From: the human T2T-CHM13v2.0 reference genome, Homo sapiens
DNA length: 64,000 nucleotides
Assembly: GCF_009914755.1 (NCBI RefSeq)
Contig: NC_060927.1
Reading direction: 5' to 3' (one strand)
The notes under the pieces are model-generated. The model was not told the origin of the DNA, made no database searches, and saw only the letters and a list, made by a program, of their open reading frames with translations. Position numbers and translations under genes: made by a program. This document shows positions 56,496-64,000 of this stretch, piece after piece. Every line of letters starts with the position of its first letter. The stretch's first letter is position 1.

Positions 56496-57078
56496 ACTAC
56501 CGAATTCTATAAAACTTTTCCAAGCTCTTAAAAGTAAGCACTTTTACACAAGATAAACTTTCTGCCCTCAAGAATAAACAATCAAGTGAAGGAAGAAATA
56601 CAAGTTTGTGGATTATAGCAATATAATTCAATTTTATAGTGCCAAATAATGCTATTTCTCCCTAATAGTATTCTGCGATAAGAGATCCTTGGAGATGTTA
56701 AGAGGTGACAAGAAAAAGTTAAATAATTTTACACAATGGAAAGCATATTCTCTTCTCAGAGACATTCACATTGTTATATAAAAGGCTCTGGAAGGTTTGT
56801 CAGAAGAAACGTATATTAAAGTTTTTCTAACCCAACATTTTACAAGTAATTTGAGCAGAGAACGATTCTCTCACAACAAGATCAAGATGTGGTGGCTCAT
56901 TAAATCAGAAATAAATGTATTAAATAATTTAATTTCCACTGAAAGATGAGAATACGCATAAAGAGAGAAATTCGAATTTTAAGTGGACATTATAAAATGG
57001 GGAATATTTTGCCGTAGAGGAATGTGGATGGAAACCACCAAAGGTATAAGAAATACCAAGATTAGAAAATGCTGGTCA

Positions 57079-57372
57079 GGCTGGGCACTGTGGTTCATTC
57101 CTGTAATCCCAACACTGGGAGGCCAAGGAGGGATGATCACTTGGGCCCGGAAGTTCAGGATCATCCTGGAAAATATGTCAAGACTTCACCTCTACCAGAA
57201 ATTTACAAATTAGCTGGGCATGGTAGAATGTACCTGTAGACCTAGCTACTTAGGTGGAAGAATCACTTGAGCCCAGCAGTTCAAGGTGACAGTGAACTAC
57301 GATCAGGCCACTTGATTCCAGTCTTGGCAACAGGGTAAGACCTTGTCTTTAAAAAAATAAAAAGCAAAAAAT
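57079..57372 (+). mobile_element. AluJ (Jo/Jr-like)
   Basis: Diverged Alu; TSD AAAATGCTGGTCA / AAAATGCTAGTTA. Confidence 0.85.
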
Positions 57373-58639
57373 AAAATGCTAGTTATATTAGGAAAAAGCC
57401 TGACTGAGGTCCAAATGCATGTGGAAGACTGTTTCAGCAAAGGTAACATCCCTCTATGCCACAGCTTGATTGAATTTTAAATAAAGATGATGATAAAATG
57501 TACATTTATTAAGGAGATAATTGATGTAATGTGCTCAGTACAAGTTTTGGCATATTACAAGCATTCAATAAACCCTACATCTTATTATCATTAAAATATT
57601 AATACATATTGTCTGAGCATCACTACTTTTTTCTGGAAAATAGGGCTATAAATACACTGGAATCCTCACAAAGCTATTACAAATTTCAGGTGGTCTGCTC
57701 TATGTAAAAGTGCTGGTAAGTGGAAAGTGCTACCTAAGTGCAAAATGTTACATTTTATTTAAAGTGCTACTTAAGTGAATAATACTATGTTTTATTAGAG
57801 TAGTTTGTATTTCTGTCTACAGTTGCTCAATGAGTCAAACTGTTTTCCTCTTTTACCCTGTATTGTTTGGCATGGAAATTCGATTTTCAGCTGTAGGTTT
57901 CACTGAAACATCATTTATTGGAAGGGTGTCAAGGTAACTCAGATTTGAAGGAAATGCTGAAGGAACCAGGGACCCTCTGGGAGCCTCACTGAGTATAAAC
58001 CAGGCCTTTAACCTGGCAAAAACTCTCACCGTCTTTTTCCATCTCATCTCTGCTTCTTAAAGTGGGTCACCTTCATTCATTCAGATTTTCCTTAGAGGCA
58101 TGGAAACTGGTGTCTCTGAGACTATATTGTCCCAACTCCAGGACCTGAGAGAGGGGATTTCCCTGTGAACTGTGCTTGTAAAACTCTAGGTGAAAGAATT
58201 TGACTATCTTTATCACATTTCTATTCTTGTACTGATTCATTCATTCAGTAATATTGTATAAAAACCTAATAATTTCCAGGTCATTTTTTCAGCCTAGCTA
58301 TATAGAAGTGAGCAAGGAAAAGTGTCTTTCTTTGCCTATTTTAAATTATAATGTGTGAAGTAGAGAACCAGCAAAGAGAAAAGAAAAGAAAATTTAAGTG
58401 GAAGTACAGTGAGGAATTTAATACAAAATAGTGTGACATGAAGAGATGGAGTTGAAAGCAGGATGCTTTTAGATAGCCAGAAGAATAGAAGCACTGCAAT
58501 GGGCCACGCCAGTCCAGTCAGGGTTTTCTGAAAGAGGGTGAATCTGAAATATAAAGTTGTAGTGAAGAAGAAGCAGTTCCCTCAAAGGAAAGGGTGTGGC
58601 TATCTCCCAATTTGTAATCCCTAAAGACATGATATTGAG

Positions 58640-59013
58640 ATTTATGGTGTGTCTCTGTGTCCCCACTCAAATCTCATGTCAAATTGTAATCCTTAGGTAT
58701 CAGGGGAGGGTACTGGTGGGGGTGACTGGATCATGTTGGTGGATTTCCCCCTTGCTGTTCTTGTGATAGTGAGTGAGTTCTCACAAGATTTGATGGTTTA
58801 AAACTGTGTGGCACTTCCCCCTTCTTTCTCTCTCTCCTGCTCTGCCATGGTAAGATGGGCTTGCTTCTCCTACACCTTCTGCCATGATTGTAAGTTTCCT
58901 GAGGCCTCTCAGTCATGCTCCCTGCAGAACTGTGACTCAGTTAAGCTTCTTTTCTTCATAAATTACCCAGTTTCTGGTAGTTCTTCATAGCAACATGAGA
59001 ATGGAATAATACA
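58640..59013 (+). mobile_element. MSTA-like MaLR solo LTR
   Basis: MST/THE1 motifs, ends TAATACA; 5-bp TSD TTGAG (58635-58639, 59014-59018). Confidence 0.85.
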
Positions 59014-59107
59014 TTGAGTAAAGACAACATAGATGTCTACTACATCCTCTCCTTCTGTTTATTTATTTATTTTTTAACTACCTTAGCTGTAAAATTACAT
59101 GAAATCA

Positions 59108-59412
59108 GGTTGGGCATGGTGGCTTACGCCTGTAATCCCAGCACTTTGGGAGGCCAAGGTGGGTGGATCACTTCAGATTAGGAGTTCAATACCAGGCTGG
59201 TCAACATGGTGAAACCTCATCTCTACTAAACAATACAAAAATTAGCTGGGCATGGTGGTGCACACCTGTAGTCCCAGCTACTGGGAGGCTGAGGCGGGAG
59301 AATCACCTGAATCCAGGAGGCGGAGGTTGCAGTAAGCTGAGATTGCGCTACTGCACTCCACCTTGGCAACAGTGTGTAACTCCGTCTCAAAAAATAAAAT
59401 AATAAAATAAAA
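59108..59412 (+). mobile_element. AluS (Sz/Sx-like)
   Basis: Full-length Alu; imperfect TSD TAAAATTACATGAAATCA / TAAAATTATGTGAATTCA. Confidence 0.9.
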
Positions 59413-61429
59413 TAAAATTATGTGAATTCAAGTTTTGGATAAGAAGTGATTTAAAAAGTCACTTTATAGATGGCCTCTTAGCCATCATAACTAGAGATTG
59501 CATCTACAGAAAATGTTGCTTAAGCATTTGGTAATTTAGTAGATTATAGAACAATTCTAACACTTCAAACCTTTTATTCAGGAAGTAATAAAATTGTTAA
59601 ACAATAATCCTGAGAAGTCACTGGAAGTTGTGGAAAAAAGTACATTCTCTAAAAATGTATGACAAAATAATATATAATGTATTTGTTGGAACATATTTAT
59701 TGCATAACTAAAAATGTGAAACTAAGCCTTGTGATAATGACCGCAATAGTAAAAAATTAATCTAATGATCAACTCATATTCAAATTTAGCCAATAATATT
59801 ACCAGTTACTTTGTACAAAACTTTTGAGGTTGCCAATAAACTAATTTTATATTTAACGTTTATTTTTGGAAATGTTTTATCTTTCTATCAATGGAGTTGC
59901 TAAAGTTTGAAAACGGCAGAAAAAGTACAAAGAGAAATAATCATTTCCTCCTCTGTGCTGCCTCTGATCTCATACACATGATTTTAATGTGTTTTTATTT
60001 GTTTACAGTTCTGTCTCTCCTACTGGCCTGGATGTTCATTAGAGCTGGTACTATTTACGTTCAATTTTTTATCTCTAATGCTGAGTTTAGTAATGCTTGA
60101 CACATCATCACTGGTTAATTAATATTTATTAAATAAATAAATGAGCCCATAACCCTGAAGGACTTTGGTAACATTATCTTCTTCTCTTTACCAGTTGGGG
60201 ACTATTGGAATAAAATTGAATGATGTGAACAGGAATGAGGTAATTGATTTACATTGTTCAAAATCTATTGCAGAAAAGTGATAACCAAAAAGAAAATTGA
60301 ATTCTTTTTCCAACTTTAAGTAGGAAATCAAGGGAGCAAAGGGATGTCTTCAATTCCTTCTGTTATGTGGGAGTCTTTGAAAAGGGTTTTTTCCCTTTTG
60401 TGGCTTCAGCTAAAATGTTTCGCCTTACAGAAACAGACTAGATGGTGCAAACTGGTGATTACTTATTTCAGTTTTGAGCATAATGTTGAAAGAGCCATAA
60501 AATTGTTTCCCTTCATCAGGGGTGTAATGTGGCAAGTACAGGGGTAGCCATGCAAACTCAGTCCAACCTTTGTAGCCATTTAATTGGATGCTATTGGGTG
60601 CTGTCTCTGTGGACCATTTCCCATAAGGAAAGGAATCTTTTCTGTGACCTCCAATGCAATCAAAACTATTTGGCTTAATTTTATCTTCTCCAGAAGAACA
60701 GATCCAAAGAAAAATTACAAAAGAAATGTAATAGCACTTTTATTCCTTTCTGCTGGAGGGATTTGCAATGTGACTATTTTAAAACTTACTATTTTGCAAA
60801 AGCCAATTTTCTTCAAGAGGCCGTTAGCACTCAAATCAGCAGCACAATAAACTTACCAGAATCAGACTATGTTGAATGACGAAAAAAATTGTTGCAATTT
60901 TATAAAGCAGAATGACTTGCTTTGTGATATTATTTATTTATTTTACTATACAATACATGTTAGAATTAAGATGAAATGGGTGTTTCTGGTTTAAGGTCAA
61001 TGCATACTACACAGTTTGGTGAACCTCGAAGCAGGCACTTCATTATATTTCTTAGAAAAGGCAGTGTCATAAGAGGTAACCACTTGACACCTAAGCCTGA
61101 CAACTTAATTCAAATCTCAGATCTGTCACTTATTTTTGTAACTTATCTTTGCCTTACTACTTTTCTTGGTAAAATTAGATTAATGTGTGTGTTTATATAT
61201 AAATATACATATACTATGACACAGGCCATTATATATGTATGTGTGTATATGTGTGTGTGTGTCTGTGTACATGCACCAATATGTCAACCCCAATTATGTT
61301 TTCAGGAACTGGTAAATATACACCAAATTGGCCCAGAGAACCACTGGACCCACTGGACTTTGGCAAATATTGGGCATTCACGAACTCAGTTGGCCCATTT
61401 GTCTTCCATTCTCCGTATAGCTCCATTCT

Positions 61430-62130
61430 TTTATTATTATTATACTTTGAGTTCTGGGGTACATGTGCAGAACATGCAGGTTTGTTACATAGGTGTACAC
61501 GTGCCATGGTGGTTTGCTGCACCCATCAACCCGTCATCTACATTAGATATTTTTCCTAATGCTATCCCTCCCCTAGCCTCCCAACCCCCGACAGGCCCCC
61601 TTATGTGATGTTCCCCTCCCTGTGTCCATGTGTTATCATTGTTCAACTCCCACTTATGAGTGAGAACATGCAGTGTTTGGTTTTTTGTCTCTGTGTTTGT
61701 TTGCTGACGCTAGAAGAATGCCATTCAGGACATAGGCATGGGCAGAGACTTCATGACAAAACACCAAAAGCAATGGAAACGAAGCCAAAATTGACAAATG
61801 GGATCTAATTAAACTAAAGAGCTTCTGCACAGCAAAACAAACTATCATCAGAGTGAATAGGCAACCTACAGAATGGGAGAAAATTTTTGCAATCTACCCA
61901 TCTGACAAAGGGCTAATATCCAGAATCTACAAAGAACTTAAACAAATTTACAAGAAAAGACAAACAACAACATCAAAAATGAGAGAAGGATATGAACAGA
62001 CATTTCTCAAAAGAAGACATTTATGCAGCCAATAAACATATGAAATAAAGCTCATCATCACTAATCATTAGAGAAATGCAAATGAAAACCACAATGAGAT
62101 ATCATCTCATGCCAGTTAGAATGGCGATCA
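61430..62130 (-). mobile_element. 5'-inverted (twin-primed) truncated L1, L1PA7-like
   Basis: Antisense 3' end 61430-~61707, sense ORF2 fragment ~61710-62130; perfect 14-bp TSD TATAGCTCCATTCT (61416-61429, 62131-62144); EN site TTCT/AA. Confidence 0.92.
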
Positions 62131-64000
62131 TATAGCTCCATTCTAAGAGGAGGGGCCATAAAAACTCTTCAGGTGTTCAGGTATCCATGTCAACTCACAT
62201 TCTCTGTGTAATAATTCTTTGAATATATAAGCATGCTGATTTTCTCAATGAGCAGTCACCTTAGAAAACTTTCACCATGGCTTTGACAATTACCAGTCTC
62301 CTTGATCATGAGCTTATAGTTCCTTACCCTTGCCTCAAATAACTGCTTATTAAGGTGTAACAAAAATGTGCTTCATTCTTTGTTTCCCCTCAACTCCAGA
62401 ATCATGGCTACCTCTTCTTGCTTTTCACTCTCTTTCCTTTCTTGATTTCAGGCTTGTATGTATTTCAAGCATCTACCCCAACCCTTCCCCCATATTTTGC
62501 TCCTAAACATTATTTTAGCTTCCCAATTCTGGCTTTCTCACTGACACTATGATGCTCCTTTGTTCATGCTTTCTGTTCCAACTAGCCTTCCCAGCAAGAA
62601 TATCCCACAGCTTCACAGCTGAAATTCCCACTCGTTTTACACTTTCAAACTCTCTAATCTTCCCTTCCCACGGTTGAACTTATTATTTCTCTGAAGTATC
62701 AATAAACATTTACTTCTTAATTAACCAAACTAATTTTGTAATTGTGTTTACATTTGATTTTATAAAAGACACGGTCACCTATATTATTGTTTTCTTACTA
62801 TCATCTTCTAAATTGATTAAGATTATCTTCACCACCTACTTTTTTGTTTTTGTTCTGGCTGCCAAAACAAAAAATGACTCAAAATTTGAAACACTGTAAC
62901 ACATTAGCACATCCCCTTAGAAATACATGACATTTCATTCTAACTACTCATTCTACTTAAATATTTTACGCCCTAGGATACTCCACTGTGTCCTATCTCA
63001 TATCTTTATGGTTTTCTGACACTTTATTGATAACATAATATTCACATAACAAACAGGTTTAGCATTCTGATATCTTCCTTTTGAATTAAACTCTTTATCA
63101 TTATGAAATTCCTCTCTTTAGATCTAGTTATAAGTTATGACTGGGTTCTATTTTGGTAAGACTGGAAACTTCTGGCTTACTGCTGTTCCTAAGGTGTTGC
63201 CTTCTTTCTGGGGCTTTTAAATAAGGATCTTTGTCACCTCATCACTGCAAGATTACAGGATATATTGAATTCTGCCTGTTAGAAGATTTTAGCTCACTTT
63301 TTAATATTTAACCGCACACTGCTTCAAATTTTGACAAATGCCTTGAGGTAAAGAATAGACATGTTTGTAAAGACTCCAATATGTCACCTTAGCCCCGCAT
63401 GAGAAGCAAAATGCCTCATGGTTTCCTGTCCCTCATTAGTGTACGTTTTTTTGTTTGTTTTGTTTTGTTTTTTTAGGCACAATTCCTGAATTCTCAAGCT
63501 CTGACTAACTCTAGTCACTTGTAAATGATAAGTGTTCACATGTAGAAAATAGAAAATAGCTGTATATCCCCACTGTCAATTCACCACTTCCTTTAATGCC
63601 ATTGTATACAGCCTCTTTTGTTGTTTCCTTACCCTAGATGGATGGGTCTCCGTTTCTAAGTACTGTGAGCTGTGGGCCACTTAACTTATTCAGAATTCAG
63701 AAAACAAGCCACATATTCAAGGCCCCTAAGTCTCCAATTTTGTTACTTTAGCAACCTTTGCCACCACTAAAAGTTCTGTGATTTAGCTTTTGGCCCAGCA
63801 GGAGCTCATGGCCTGGTGTATGCCCACATCTGCAGCCACACCCAGGACCAGCAAATGCATACAGGGAAAAATAACAGCTGCCAATTGTCATATTCCCTCT
63901 GAACAGTTCTCTGTTCTCTGTTCTCTGGAGGTTCTGTTAGTCCTCATTACTTCCACGGCTCTTGTATGCTTTTTAAAATGCAATTTTCGCAACTCATCCT

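Noticed and set aside
60976-61608. 210-aa + strand ORF
   Set aside because: Runs through a (TG)n tract and the antisense L1PA7 3' end; no recognisable domain

Overview
AT-rich, gene-poor primate genomic DNA, almost certainly human (L1HS-type LINE-1 and AluY present). No recognisable host protein-coding exon was found. The dominant feature is a near-full-length, minus-strand LINE-1 (8905-14972) with open ORF1, ORF2 and antisense ORF0. It has ACG/A 3'-UTR diagnostics, a 14-18 bp target-site duplication (TSD) and an untemplated G at a 5' end that starts exactly at the YY1 core. Several substitutions at conserved residues may make it ORF-intact but weak or dead. It sits inside an older L1MA-type element. 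Also present: a two-LTR non-autonomous ERV1 provirus (MER61-like, tRNA-Phe PBS, gag remnant) carrying a rare 5'-inverted Alu; a twin-primed L1PA7-like insertion; a local templated duplication that splits a MER20; many Alus, MaLR/ERV LTRs and DNA-transposon fossils; and a repeat-free block at about 52.3-54.1 kb with two candidate minus-strand exons and promoter-like motifs. I see no evidence for a wholly new biological system. The interesting signals are unusual retrotransposition or repair scars and a possible unannotated spliced transcript. Repeat subfamily names and consensus comparisons are from memory and need RepeatMasker/Dfam confirmation.
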